Shown here: piece after piece, positions 15,430-25,723 of the stretch
How positions within the stretch are numbered: position 1 is the stretch's first letter
Layout: each line of letters opens with the position of its first letter
Source of the DNA: a virus
Lineage: Duplodnaviria > Caudoviricetes
DNA: 29,493 bases
Virus record (IMG/VR): IMGVR_UViG_3300030376_001264
Coordinates: 1 to 29,493 of that record
Reading direction: 5' to 3' (one strand)
Translations under genes and position numbers: made by a program
The notes under the pieces: model-generated
The model's input: the letters and a program-made list of their open reading frames with translations, nothing else
Database searches by the model: none
What the model was told of the DNA's origin: nothing

Positions 15430-18400
15430 TGAGTGTACAATTAGAAATATTTCCGCAAAATTATTTAGGATACGTAACAGCATTTACACCTCCTCCATTA
15501 GAACTTATAACTGATGGTCAGGTTTTTGGTGCTAATTTACCACCTGCTGACGATCCAATCCTTCCTTATAGGTTAGTTACTGACTATGCTACAGCTGGTG
15601 CGCCAACTATACCTTTTGGGTTTTGGAGTAGAACAACATTGCTAAATGAAATGAGTCAAGATTTATTCGACGGTTTATTTCCGTGGCATCCAGGTCAATG
15701 GGTTTGTTTTAGAATGGATAGAAATGGAACAACAGGACTAGGTCCGCAAAGAGATCCTGTAAATGACAATGATTTAGCAATGGATGCTCAAAATTCTGAT
15801 CCACTACTCCCTTATAGTTTACCCACAAGATTTGGGCTAGGTTATAAGTTTGGCTACAGCTTAACTCCTGGTCAAAATTACACTTTAAAAATTAAAATAG
15901 CTGAGGTTACATCAGGTAATGACCCTGTTGGTCTTTTGTCAGCAATGCACGTACCACACAACCCCAACTCACCATCTATTGGTCTTCCTTACCCTTCTGG
16001 GTATCCTGTTGTGGGTAATTCAGCACAAGTTGCCATACCATCAGGAACTAGCTATGTATATTTAAACCAAGTTTCAAATGGTGATGTTCTTGAAGGAACA
16101 TTTACAGCAACTGGAAATACTGACTGTATTTGGATTCAAGTAGACCAATTCTATCAAAAATATTTAGAAATAGAATATATATCTTGTATTAAAACAGGAA
16201 CAGAAGAAACAGAATTTTTGGTTGGTGATGGGGTTGTAATTGCAGACCTTTATGAAGAAGAAGATATACCCTTGACTTTAAGTGTTGATGACTTTAAAAA
16301 TGTAGCTGAAAAGGTTCAGTCTTATTCTAAAGCATTTAAACTACCATCTACAAAGAAGAACAGTCAAATCTTTGACAACATATTTGAAATCACAAGAACA
16401 GCAAATGGAAATTTAGCCTTTAATCCTTATGTAAAAACTCAATGCAGATTAAAGGAAGATGGCTTTGTTTTATTTGAGGGCTATTTAAGAATGATTGATA
16501 TTGTAGACAAAGAAGGGGAGATCAGTTATAATGTAAATTTATATTCAGAAGCAGTTGCATTAGCAGATGTATTAAGTGAAAAGACATTTAATGATATTGA
16601 CTTTAATGAATTGGAACATGCTTATGCTTGGTCAGATATAAAAGACAGTTGGACTGCAACTGGTATTACCTATACTAATACATTTAACTTTGCAAATGGT
16701 GGTTTTAGAGATGCAACAACAGTTAAATATCCATTTGTCGATTGGACTCATCAATTCACTCCTTTAGATTTGCCAAGTGATCCTTATGATGGATTTCCTA
16801 TGCTAGAAAATTTACAAACAGCATTTAGACCTTTTATAAATATTAAATATTTAATAGATAGAATATTTTACGACACTCCTTTTGAATATACAAGTGACTT
16901 TTTTAATACTCCTGATTTTAAAAAGTTATATATGGACTTTAATTGGGGGAATGATGATGCACCTATAACAGCAACATCATCAGGAGAGGCTACATATAAT
17001 GTTAATTACGGACTTTATGAAGGTCCTACTGGTGGTGACCCAACTAATTATGCAACAACATCTTGGTCTAATTTTAAGTTTTATGATGAAAATTTTCCTC
17101 CAGAAATGGGGTGGGATTCTACAGCCTGTAAGTTTACAATTCCTGCTGGTTTTACCAATATAAATGTAACTTATGAAGCTGATATTCATTATGCAGTAAA
17201 AAGACATACTACAATAGAATTCAGATGGGTGAAAAATGAAGGAACAACAACAGAAGAAATATTTAACCAATCTGGAGTATATCAACCGCAAGGAGGGGCA
17301 GTTGCTTATGTAATGATGCAAAAGTTAAATGGTGCTAACACTCTGCTTTCAGCGCAATTAGATGTTCAAGCTGTTAAAATATGGGAGTCAGGATATTATA
17401 CTTCAGCTCCAACTGCTACTGTTGTGCCTGGTCCTTCAGGTTCTACTTCACCTATTCCTGCTACTTTTAACACAGCTTTAACAGGGAATGATTTAACTAC
17501 ACTTACAGTAGATAATGATGGAGAGGGCTACACCAATATAGGACCTGTAAATTATACAATGGAATTTAATGGAATAGACCCTAATTATAACTATTCTAGT
17601 ATAATAACCAATGTACCAGTGGTGCCAGGTGATACAATGTCTTTTCAATGGAAAGCAGGAGCTAATAGTCGTATTAGACAAAGAGACCTTGGTTGGTTTA
17701 GACAATGGCCTGGACAAAGAAAGATTATAAATGGGCGTAATAGCAAAATAATAGGGACTCAATCTTATATTGGTACAATAGACAATAATAAGCTAAAAGC
17801 ACTTAGGGGTGAAACAGAGCAATGGGGGTTTTTAAAAGGCATCATAAATATGTTCAATTTAATTACTGTTCCTAATAAAGACAATCCTAACAATATCACA
17901 ATAGAACCTTATAATGATATATTTATAGATAATGAGGATATTGTAGAACACGATTGGACTGATAAAGTAGATGTATCTCAAATTAAGCTAACACCTTTGA
18001 CCGACTTAAATCAAAAGACTTTGTTCAAATATATAGAAGATGAAGATGATTATGCTTTTATGAATTACAAAAAAGCAGCTTCAGGTTTCTTATATGGAAG
18101 TCGATTGTTTGATGCCTCTGGGTTTACTATATTAGGAGGGGATACTGAAGAAATTGAAGCAGACCCATTTGCAGCAACTGTTTGTAAGCCTATGATGGAA
18201 CAATATTCTAGTCTTATTGTTCCTGCTGTTTATGCTTTAGATGATGAGGGTGCTTCTGAGGGGTTTGAAAACGCACCAAGAATAATGTATGACAATGGAA
18301 CTAAATCAACGCTTCCAATCAAATACAAAGTACCTGCTCAAAATAATCAAGCACTACAATGGTATGAATACTTTTTACAATTTAGTCATGTAACTGATAT

Positions 18401-18689
18401 ACAAACAGTAAGTAATACTAGGGACTTTAATTTTGGTCCTTGTCAATTAATAGGCTTAGGAGCATCGCCAACAAATAACTTATTTTCTACTTATTGGCAG
18501 CCTTATTTTGGGGAGCTTTATAATGCAGATACAAGAACAATGAGCCTTAAAGTTAATTTATCAGCAGCAGACATTAACACCCTAAACATGTTTGACAAAA
18601 TATTTATCAAAAACAGAACTTTTAGAATTAATAAAATTGACTATAAGCCTGGTGATTTATCAACTGTTGAATTTATATTAATACCTTAA
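15429..18689 (+). CDS. Large tail tip / hub protein with inserted beta-rich domains
   Basis: 1086 aa; DLYEEEDIPLT...SYSKAFKLP, YPFVDW, C-terminal FRINKIDY...VEFIL. Confidence 0.7.
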   Translation: MSVQLEIFPQNYLGYVTAFTPPPLELITDGQVFGANLPPADDPILPYRLVTDYATAGAPTIPFGFWSRTTLLNEMSQDLFDGLFPWHPGQWVCFRMDRNGTTGLGPQRDPVNDNDLAMDAQNSDPLLPYSLPTRFGLGYKFGYSLTPGQNYTLKIKIAEVTSGNDPVGLLSAMHVPHNPNSPSIGLPYPSGYPVVGNSAQVAIPSGTSYVYLNQVSNGDVLEGTFTATGNTDCIWIQVDQFYQKYLEIEYISCIKTGTEETEFLVGDGVVIADLYEEEDIPLTLSVDDFKNVAEKVQSYSKAFKLPSTKKNSQIFDNIFEITRTANGNLAFNPYVKTQCRLKEDGFVLFEGYLRMIDIVDKEGEISYNVNLYSEAVALADVLSEKTFNDIDFNELEHAYAWSDIKDSWTATGITYTNTFNFANGGFRDATTVKYPFVDWTHQFTPLDLPSDPYDGFPMLENLQTAFRPFINIKYLIDRIFYDTPFEYTSDFFNTPDFKKLYMDFNWGNDDAPITATSSGEATYNVNYGLYEGPTGGDPTNYATTSWSNFKFYDENFPPEMGWDSTACKFTIPAGFTNINVTYEADIHYAVKRHTTIEFRWVKNEGTTTEEIFNQSGVYQPQGGAVAYVMMQKLNGANTLLSAQLDVQAVKIWESGYYTSAPTATVVPGPSGSTSPIPATFNTALTGNDLTTLTVDNDGEGYTNIGPVNYTMEFNGIDPNYNYSSIITNVPVVPGDTMSFQWKAGANSRIRQRDLGWFRQWPGQRKIINGRNSKIIGTQSYIGTIDNNKLKALRGETEQWGFLKGIINMFNLITVPNKDNPNNITIEPYNDIFIDNEDIVEHDWTDKVDVSQIKLTPLTDLNQKTLFKYIEDEDDYAFMNYKKAASGFLYGSRLFDASGFTILGGDTEEIEADPFAATVCKPMMEQYSSLIVPAVYALDDEGASEGFENAPRIMYDNGTKSTLPIKYKVPAQNNQALQWYEYFLQFSHVTDIQTVSNTRDFNFGPCQLIGLGASPTNNLFSTYWQPYFGELYNADTRTMSLKVNLSAADINTLNMFDKIFIKNRTFRINKIDYKPGDLSTVEFILIP

Positions 18690-18699
18690 AAATTAAAAT

Positions 18700-19527
18700 A
18701 TGTCATTAACTTTTATTCCAGGATACAATGTAAAGCCAGCAACAATAGACTCATTTGGTGTTGTTTCTTTTACTGATGGAACTAATATACTCACCCCTAA
18801 TCAAGAGCAATGTCAGGCGTATGGTTATCAATATGACATAGCAACAGGAACTTGTTCGGCTTTTGCTTTTAACCCTAAAATCAGAAGCTCATCAGAAAAT
18901 TCCACAAATATAATAAAAGGGGCTCAAAACTCAACAGAAGTAGGCACTTCCAATACTTATATTATGGGAGACAATAATACTGTTAAGGGAAGATCAAGAA
19001 ACAATATTATTGTAGGTAGTAACAATCAAATTGAGAATGGTATAAATAATACATCAGTTTTAGGTTCTTATGGAGTTGTGCAAAGACCAGGAGAGGTGGT
19101 TATGGGCGGTGGAGGTTCTTTGGGTAAAAGCCAAAGCTCAATAATACATTTATCAGGAGTTACTGATAATGAAGCTCCAACTAATATATTTGTAAATGGC
19201 TTAAATGGTGTAACGACTATTGCTAGAGATTCTAGTACATCATCAACATCTTTTGCTGGTTTTGAAGCTAATGTAATGGGGGTAAGAACAGGAGGTGCAG
19301 CAGCAGGGAACATATATGACAGAATATTATTAAGAGCAACTGGGATTGCTTATTTAAAGGCAGACAACCAATCAGTCACAACATTAGGTAGTTTTGGAAC
19401 AGTAACTGGGTGGACAGCAGCAGTTGCATTCAGTGGTACAAATGACATGCATATTGAAGTTACAGGTAGTAGGTTTATGGAAATAGAATGGAGTTGTACC
19501 CTTAACCTTTATGAAATGAAAGTATAA
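18700..19527 (+). CDS. Putative tail fibre / tail tip protein
   Basis: Gly/Asn/Ser/Thr-rich with short beta-helix-like repeats (IMGDNNTV, IVGSNNQI). Confidence 0.55.
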   Translation: MSLTFIPGYNVKPATIDSFGVVSFTDGTNILTPNQEQCQAYGYQYDIATGTCSAFAFNPKIRSSSENSTNIIKGAQNSTEVGTSNTYIMGDNNTVKGRSRNNIIVGSNNQIENGINNTSVLGSYGVVQRPGEVVMGGGGSLGKSQSSIIHLSGVTDNEAPTNIFVNGLNGVTTIARDSSTSSTSFAGFEANVMGVRTGGAAAGNIYDRILLRATGIAYLKADNQSVTTLGSFGTVTGWTAAVAFSGTNDMHIEVTGSRFMEIEWSCTLNLYEMKV

Positions 19528-19538
19528 AATAAAAAGAT

Positions 19539-21575
19539 ATGGCAAAAGAAGTAATAGAAGTAGAAATTAAAGGTAACACTAAGAGTGCTACAAAAGATGT
19601 AAAAGAGTATGTTATGACTCTTGATGAGGTTAATGAAGATTTAAAACTACAAAAACAAATACTTCACGAATTAAAAGGGCAAGAGCTGGAATTAAAAAAG
19701 GCTAGGGCTGGAATGAATGATTATGAAAGAAGCCTTACTGGTATTGATAAAAAATTAGAAGAAATTAGCCTTGAAACAAAGCAACAGACTCACCATGTCA
19801 AAGGTTTAACAGATCAACAAAAAGAATTAACCAAAGCCGAAAAAGAAAACAATACAGAAACGAAAGAAAGTATTGCAAATCTTCAATTTATGGGTGTTTC
19901 TCTTAGTGGTATAAAGAAAGGCTTTAGTCAAATAATACCTACTGCAAAGGCTATGTTCGGCACTATTAAGGCAGGTATAATGTCAACAGGTATTGGAGCT
20001 TTAATTATAGCTGTAACATCATTAATGGCTGCTTTTAAAAGGTCGGAAAAAGGTCAAGAAAAGTTTCAACTAATTATGGCAGGAATTGGTGCTGTTGTAG
20101 ATCAAGTAATGGATTTATTTGCAGAATTAGGTAGTGGAATAATAGACACCTTTATGAATCCTGTTGATAGTCTTAAAAACTTTGCAAAAACAATAGAGGA
20201 TTTTGTGATGAGCAAAATACAATTGGTAATAGAAGGAACTGGTTTAATGGGTTCAGCTTTGTCAAAATTATTCTCTGGTGATTTTTCAGGTGCATTGTCA
20301 GATGCAGGTGAGGGTTTTGTAAAATTAAATAGAGGGCTTAATCCTGCTGTTGTCACAACAGAGTTGTTGATTGATGGAACTCAAAAACTTGTAAAAGCAA
20401 CAGGTGATTTAATAAAAGAAACTTCTAAAGAAGTAGAGGCAATTAACAGAGTAACCAAAAAAAGACAACACGCACATCATATTGACAGAAAATTAAAAGT
20501 AGAAAGGGCTAAGGCAGACAGAGAAATAAATGATATTAGGTTACAAGCTGAAGATAGGGAAAACAAAAGTGCAACTGAAAGAATAGCACTACTTAGGAGA
20601 GCGCAGGAAATAGAGGAAGGTATTACAAACAAAGAAATAAAATCTAAAAAAATATTGATAGAAGCCCAAAAACTAGAAATGGCTCAGGGTAAAAATAATA
20701 TTGAGGATAAAGACAAATTAGCACAATTACAGGCTGAATTAATTCAATTAGACACTAAAAAACTAAGAAGTCAAAGGTTATTACAAACACAAATAACTAC
20801 AGCGGTAAATGAAGAAAAAGCACAAAAAGAAGAACTAAAGAAACAAGGTGAAGCTGATGATTTAGCTCTTGAAGAAAAAAGAAAAAGAGAGGGAGAGATT
20901 CTACTAGCCTTACAACAAGAAAATACATTAGCTTTAATAGAAGACTTGAAGACGAGAGCAATGGAAGAGCTAAGAATACAAGAAGAAAAAGAACTAGCTA
21001 GTGCAGAGTTGATGGAAAATTCAGAGCTTGTTAAAGCTGAAATAAAAAAGAAGTTTGACAGAAAAAGAGTAGAAGCTGATAAAAAGTTTTCTAAGCAACA
21101 AGTTAAATGGTCAGATATGACAGCAGAACAACAAGTGGGAATTGCATCTTCTGCGGCAGGTGATATGGCTACCATATTAGGTGAAGAAACAGCAGCAGGG
21201 AAAGCCTTTGCTATTGCACAAACAACTATGGACACTTATGCATCAGCAACAGCAGCTTATAAGTCTTTGGCAGGTATAGGTCCAGCAGGACCTGCACTTG
21301 GAGCAGTAGCAGCAGGAGCCGCAATTGCAGCAGGTTTGGCTAATGTAGCATCTATTGTGTCAACCCCAGTTCCAGGTGGAGGTGGAGGTGGTGGAGGAGG
21401 AAGTAGAGGAGGTGGAGGAGCAGGTGCAGCACCCCCGGCACCACAAATGATGTCAGGTGCTTTTGATCTAAGTGGTGTTACAGAACCAGAACCAGTTAAA
21501 GCCTTCGTTGTGACGGATGAAATGACATCATCTCAGAACCAGCTTGCGAATATAAGACGAAGAGCAACAATTTAA
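19539..21575 (+). CDS. Tape measure protein
   Basis: 678 aa; coiled coils, STGIGALIIAV hydrophobic segment, Ala/Gly-rich C-terminus ending VKAFVVTDEMTSSQ. Confidence 0.8.
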   Translation: MAKEVIEVEIKGNTKSATKDVKEYVMTLDEVNEDLKLQKQILHELKGQELELKKARAGMNDYERSLTGIDKKLEEISLETKQQTHHVKGLTDQQKELTKAEKENNTETKESIANLQFMGVSLSGIKKGFSQIIPTAKAMFGTIKAGIMSTGIGALIIAVTSLMAAFKRSEKGQEKFQLIMAGIGAVVDQVMDLFAELGSGIIDTFMNPVDSLKNFAKTIEDFVMSKIQLVIEGTGLMGSALSKLFSGDFSGALSDAGEGFVKLNRGLNPAVVTTELLIDGTQKLVKATGDLIKETSKEVEAINRVTKKRQHAHHIDRKLKVERAKADREINDIRLQAEDRENKSATERIALLRRAQEIEEGITNKEIKSKKILIEAQKLEMAQGKNNIEDKDKLAQLQAELIQLDTKKLRSQRLLQTQITTAVNEEKAQKEELKKQGEADDLALEEKRKREGEILLALQQENTLALIEDLKTRAMEELRIQEEKELASAELMENSELVKAEIKKKFDRKRVEADKKFSKQQVKWSDMTAEQQVGIASSAAGDMATILGEETAAGKAFAIAQTTMDTYASATAAYKSLAGIGPAGPALGAVAAGAAIAAGLANVASIVSTPVPGGGGGGGGGSRGGGGAGAAPPAPQMMSGAFDLSGVTEPEPVKAFVVTDEMTSSQNQLANIRRRATI

Positions 21576-21579
21576 AAAT

Positions 21580-21608
21580 CAAACGAATATTAATTAAATC
21601 TATTATAT
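21580..21608 (+). promoter_or_regulatory. Putative phage late promoter, copy 3
   Basis: CAAAC (21580)...TCTATTATAT (21599); ATG at 21612. Confidence 0.65.
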
Positions 21609-21611
21609 TAT

Positions 21612-22328
21612 ATGCCTTGCGAAGAATGTGAAAATGGAAAAGTAAAATGGGGAAAGACAGGAGACTGTCAATATGACTCCATAGCAGAATGTGAAGCTGC
21701 TAACAAAGACTATTACGAAAAGACTACTTCTATTGTTGAACTAGTTATTGATGAGTCAAGTGAAGAACTAGCAATTGATGCTATTAGCTTGGTTGCATCA
21801 CCAGCCATCGAACAGGACTTTGTTTATTTTGGAAAAGAAAAAAACAACCTAACATTTGCGAAAGTTGATGAAGAAAAAAGAATGCTTGTATCTCCGGCTT
21901 TGATACCAAATAAGCAAATATTTAGATACAACCCAAATACAGACTCTGAGTATTACGTCTATTTTAGCCCTGAGACCGTAAGAAAATCTTCCGAGCTATA
22001 TTTAAAACATAACAATCATCACAAAGCAACGTATGAACATCAAGATAGAGTATCTGGTGTTTTAACTACTGAAAGCTGGATTATAGAAGACCCTAAAATG
22101 GATAAGTCAAGACTTTTCGGTTATGACCTTCCAAAAGGAACGTGGATGGTTTCTATGAAAATAAATAACGACGAGCTTTGGAGTAAGGTAAAAGATGGCT
22201 CTTTACGCGGTTTGAGCATCGAAGGATATTTCACCGACCGTATGGAAAAGATGTCAGAAAAAACACCAACTGATCAAGAGATACTATCAGCATTAAATGA
22301 AATAATAAACGAAAATCAAACAAAGTAA
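21612..22328 (+). CDS. Prohead serine protease, XkdF-like
   Basis: EEKRMLVSPALIP, YVYFSPETV, TYEH, ESWI, PKGTWMVSMKI, GLSIEG. Confidence 0.88.
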   Translation: MPCEECENGKVKWGKTGDCQYDSIAECEAANKDYYEKTTSIVELVIDESSEELAIDAISLVASPAIEQDFVYFGKEKNNLTFAKVDEEKRMLVSPALIPNKQIFRYNPNTDSEYYVYFSPETVRKSSELYLKHNNHHKATYEHQDRVSGVLTTESWIIEDPKMDKSRLFGYDLPKGTWMVSMKINNDELWSKVKDGSLRGLSIEGYFTDRMEKMSEKTPTDQEILSALNEIINENQTK

Positions 22329-22346
22329 CTAACTATTCTATTATAT
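22317..22346 (+). promoter_or_regulatory. Putative phage late promoter, copy 4
   Basis: CAAAC (22317)...TCTATTATAT (22337); ATG at 22360. Confidence 0.65.
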
Positions 22347-22359
22347 TAAAAAAGAACCT

Positions 22360-23079
22360 ATGGACATTAAAGAACAAATACTAGTAGCACTCGGTTTAAA
22401 TAAAGCTGAGGAAGAAATTAAATTAGCATGGCAATCAAAAGGAGAGGACGGTACAATTTATGTCTCTACTGCCGAGGAGTTAGAATCTGGGGTGGACATC
22501 TCAGTGCTAACAGAAGACGGTACAACGATACTTTTGCCAGTCGGAACGTACAAAACGGAAGATGGTGTTTCTTTTCGTGTGGAAGAGGAAGGCGTGGTTT
22601 CAGAAGTGCTTGAGTCAGAATCAGAACAGGAAGTTGAAGCAGAAGAAGAAAAAGAAGAAATGTCAGATGAAACTGAATTGGCTGATGAAGACAAAGATGA
22701 CTATGAAGAGGAAGCAGACGTAGCTGATTGGAAAGGGATGGAGAAACGTATCAAGAACCTTGAAGACGCTATTGCTGACCTTAAAAAAGACAAGGTAGGT
22801 GGTGATGACGAAGTAGAAGAAATGTCAGAAGAAACTGCAGAGCCTTCTACAAATCCTAAGTCAATTAAAACTACAGAAGTAGTTGAATTTTCAGCAGAAG
22901 ATGAAATTAAAAAATTAAAAGAAGAAAACGAAAAACTGAAAACTGAATTAGCAGCTAGTCCTGCTGATGCACCAATTAACACAAACAAATTTAGCTCAGA
23001 GAATAATAAAGTTCACAAAACTGACCTAAGTAAAATGAGTAAAAGAGAAAAAATACTTTACACATTATCAAATAAATAA
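22360..23079 (+). CDS. Capsid scaffolding protein
   Basis: Very acidic, coiled-coil protein between the protease and MCP. Confidence 0.7.
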   Translation: MDIKEQILVALGLNKAEEEIKLAWQSKGEDGTIYVSTAEELESGVDISVLTEDGTTILLPVGTYKTEDGVSFRVEEEGVVSEVLESESEQEVEAEEEKEEMSDETELADEDKDDYEEEADVADWKGMEKRIKNLEDAIADLKKDKVGGDDEVEEMSEETAEPSTNPKSIKTTEVVEFSAEDEIKKLKEENEKLKTELAASPADAPINTNKFSSENNKVHKTDLSKMSKREKILYTLSNK

Positions 23080-23108
23080 ATAAATAACAATTAAAAAAAA
23101 GAACAATT

Positions 23109-24032
23109 ATGGCTTTACCAACAGTAACACAACCAAATTTTGAGGGGAAAAGTGCCGGATTTTACATCAGCGCTGCCCTACAAACAGTAAACTCATTAGA
23201 CTACTTTACAATGATGGAAAACGTGAAGTACAAATCTAATATTACTAGAATTGAGGGAACAAATATGGTTCAAAACGCAACATGCGACTTTACAGAAGCA
23301 GGTGCAACAACTTTAGCGTTGACAGAAAAAACTATCGAACCAAAATTATTACAAGTAAATTTTGACATTTGCAAGAAACAACTTTTAGATTCATGGGAGG
23401 CGTTAACAATGAGAGCAGGTGCAGGAGGAAATCCATCAGCTACTTTTGAAGACTACATTATATCTTACATTGGTGAGATTATCGCTTCAAATACTGAAAA
23501 ATGTATATGGACTGGAAATACTGCAAACGCAGGAGAGTTCACAGGAATGGTAACAGGTGCAGTAGGTTTATTATTACCTGGAGTTGATGCAACAGTAGTA
23601 CAAACAGCGGCTACAGCATCACCATTTACAGCAGGAAATATCTTAGCTAACTTACAAGCAGGTGTTGATTCAGTTTCAGATGCTTTATATGGAAAGGATG
23701 ACTTGTACATTTATATGTCACCAACTTCTTACCAAATGTATATTGCAGCAGTATCTACATTAGGATATGTAAATGCTTACCAAATGAATGGTGACTACAA
23801 ACCATTATACCAAGGTTTCAACATAGCAGTATGTAACGGAATGGGTAATGATGAGCTTGTAATAGCACAAAAATCAAATATGTTCTTTGGTACCGATCTT
23901 CTAAGTGACGCTACGAGAATAAATATGCTCGATATGAGTCAGCTCGATGGGAGCGATAATATGCGTGTTGTAGCTCGTTATTCATCAGCAGTTCAAACTG
24001 GTGTTGGTGCAGATATTGTAAGAGTATCATAA
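23109..24032 (+). CDS. Major capsid protein
   Basis: 307 aa after protease and scaffold; NVKYK, CDFT, LQVNFDICK, FFGTDLLSD; strong A-rich leader and a downstream hairpin. Confidence 0.82.
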   Translation: MALPTVTQPNFEGKSAGFYISAALQTVNSLDYFTMMENVKYKSNITRIEGTNMVQNATCDFTEAGATTLALTEKTIEPKLLQVNFDICKKQLLDSWEALTMRAGAGGNPSATFEDYIISYIGEIIASNTEKCIWTGNTANAGEFTGMVTGAVGLLLPGVDATVVQTAATASPFTAGNILANLQAGVDSVSDALYGKDDLYIYMSPTSYQMYIAAVSTLGYVNAYQMNGDYKPLYQGFNIAVCNGMGNDELVIAQKSNMFFGTDLLSDATRINMLDMSQLDGSDNMRVVARYSSAVQTGVGADIVRVS

Positions 24033-24050
24033 ATAAACTAAATTAATAGA

Positions 24051-24079
24051 AGCAGGGGTGTTAAAACCCTTGCTCCTTT
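24051..24079 (+). terminator. Hairpin after MCP (weak terminator or attenuator)
   Basis: AGCAGGGGT-GTTAAA-ACCCTTGCT followed only by CCTTT. Confidence 0.65.
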
Positions 24080-24101
24080 AACCTTTAAAACATAAAAAAA
24101 C

Positions 24102-24686
24102 ATGGCATGCGGAACCTTAACGAAGGGTAGAGGACTTGACTGTAATCGAATATCTGGGGGCGTAAAGAAAATATTCTTTTCTGTATATGATGAAAATGTT
24201 TCATATACTTATGACGCAACTCACAAATTAGAAATTGATGCAATTGATTTTAACTCTACTAATATATATGAATATGTTATGCCATTAGGCGTAGCATCTG
24301 TAACTGATACCATTGTTGGTAGTCGTGAGAACGGAACTATTCACTATACACCAACAGTAAACATTATACTAAACAAGCTTACAAAAGAAGATCAAAACGA
24401 AATTAAACTTTTAGCAGCAACTAAAGTTAGAATTTTTGCTCAATTAAACCAACAATTACCTGTTACTGGACACGATGCGTTTATTGCGTTAGGAATGGCT
24501 AATGGATTGGAACTCAACGCGGGAACTATGGATAGCGGCGCTGCCTTCGGGGATCGTAACGGATATACCTTGACCTTCGATGGCATGGAGCCTTTACCTT
24601 TTGCTTTCTTAGAAGATTATACAACAGCACCATGGGATCAAGCTGGTTTTGTTAATGAACCAACACCGTTCATTATTAAATCTTAA
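24102..24686 (+). CDS. Major tail (tube) protein
   Basis: MAC.LTKGRGLDC...GGVKKIFF, SRENGT, GAAFGDRNGYTLTFDGME; follows MCP. Confidence 0.72.
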   Translation: MACGTLTKGRGLDCNRISGGVKKIFFSVYDENVSYTYDATHKLEIDAIDFNSTNIYEYVMPLGVASVTDTIVGSRENGTIHYTPTVNIILNKLTKEDQNEIKLLAATKVRIFAQLNQQLPVTGHDAFIALGMANGLELNAGTMDSGAAFGDRNGYTLTFDGMEPLPFAFLEDYTTAPWDQAGFVNEPTPFIIKS

Positions 24687-24714
24687 TCTTAGTAGTTTTT
24701 ATATATTTCCTAGA

Positions 24715-24746
24715 AGAGAGTGGCTTGAATGTCACTCTTTTCTTTT
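24715..24746 (+). terminator. Rho-independent terminator
   Basis: AGAGAGTGGC-TTGAAT-GTCACTCTTT followed by TCTTTT. Confidence 0.8.
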
Positions 24747-24752
24747 ATAAGG

Positions 24753-24781
24753 CAAATAAAATCAGGCTTTTTCTATTATAT
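24753..24781 (+). promoter_or_regulatory. Putative phage late promoter, copy 5
   Basis: CAAAT (24753)...TCTATTATAT (24772), right after a terminator; ATG at 24787. Confidence 0.68.
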
Positions 24782-24786
24782 AGTAT

Positions 24787-25452
24787 ATGATACAAGGATT
24801 TACACAAACTGACATTACAACCTACTTACAAACTGAGGACAATAGAATAAATACTGCTGTTGCGTCTTCTAATATAAAGCACTTGTTTAAGTTCACTAAT
24901 GATATAGATGGAAGTGTGCAGTATGCTTATGCAAGGACTGAAACAATATATGATAGATACACATACTTTTTGTTTAATTACAATGCAAGTCCTGACATGT
25001 TTGCAGGTCAAATAAAACTTAACCCTGCAGGGTATTGGAAATATGAAGTTTATGAGGTTAGTTGGGTTGCAGCACCTTCTTTAGTATCAGGAAGAGCACC
25101 AGAAACAGAATTGGCAGTTCTTACACCAGCTGCTGACACTAGAGGAGTAGTGCAAGGGCTTGTGACTAAAGGCAAAATGTATATAGATGAAAAGTCAGGA
25201 ACAGAAGAGGTGTCATATATACAAAGTGCAAAGAGTGTTCAGACATTAACTATAAAATATGGTGGAGCAGGTTACACATCAGCACCAACCTTAACAATAG
25301 TGGGAGACAATATAACACAAGCAACTGCAACTGCAACAGTATCAGGGGGAGCAGTTAATTCAGTAACAATAACAAATGCTGGGAATGGCTACACTAAAAA
25401 CCCTACGGTAACAGTATCAGGTGGGGGTGCTACTTTACGGACAATAAAATAA
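24787..25452 (+). CDS. Putative virion (head closure-like) protein with a C-terminal GxGYTxxPTVT repeat module
   Basis: PAGYWKYEVYEV core; repeats GAGYTSAPTLTI and GNGYTKNPTVTV. Confidence 0.65.
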   Translation: MIQGFTQTDITTYLQTEDNRINTAVASSNIKHLFKFTNDIDGSVQYAYARTETIYDRYTYFLFNYNASPDMFAGQIKLNPAGYWKYEVYEVSWVAAPSLVSGRAPETELAVLTPAADTRGVVQGLVTKGKMYIDEKSGTEEVSYIQSAKSVQTLTIKYGGAGYTSAPTLTIVGDNITQATATATVSGGAVNSVTITNAGNGYTKNPTVTVSGGGATLRTIK

Positions 25453-25458
25453 AAAAAA

Positions 25459-25722
25459 ATGGCAATAGAAAACGTACAACAATTATTAACTGAGCAACTA
25501 GGTAAAAATCCAGGAACAGAAATTTTATCAGGATCAGTTGCAGTTACTAGTAAAGACTTTTACTGCGTAAACTTTCCTATTGAAACAGAAGTTACTGTTT
25601 TAAAAGTAGGAGGTGCAGTACAAGCTGGTCTGCAAACAACCTTTAGCGCTGGAACATCGTTATTTCTTAACGTGACAGATATAACTATAACTAGCGGAGT
25701 AGCTATTTGTTATAAAGAATAA
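25459..25722 (+). CDS. Small putative virion protein
   Basis: 87 aa, beta-rich, ending ITITSGVAICY. Confidence 0.65.
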   Translation: MAIENVQQLLTEQLGKNPGTEILSGSVAVTSKDFYCVNFPIETEVTVLKVGGAVQAGLQTTFSAGTSLFLNVTDITITSGVAICYKE

Positions 25723-25723
25723 T

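Noticed and set aside
21375-21425. GGW trinucleotide run in the tape measure gene
   Set aside because: Encodes a poly-Gly linker; no evidence of a separate DNA-level function.
22428-22613. 61-aa Arg/Gly-rich + strand ORF nested in the scaffold gene
   Set aside because: An alternate-frame by-product of GAA/GAG/GAC-rich acidic codons; no independent start context.
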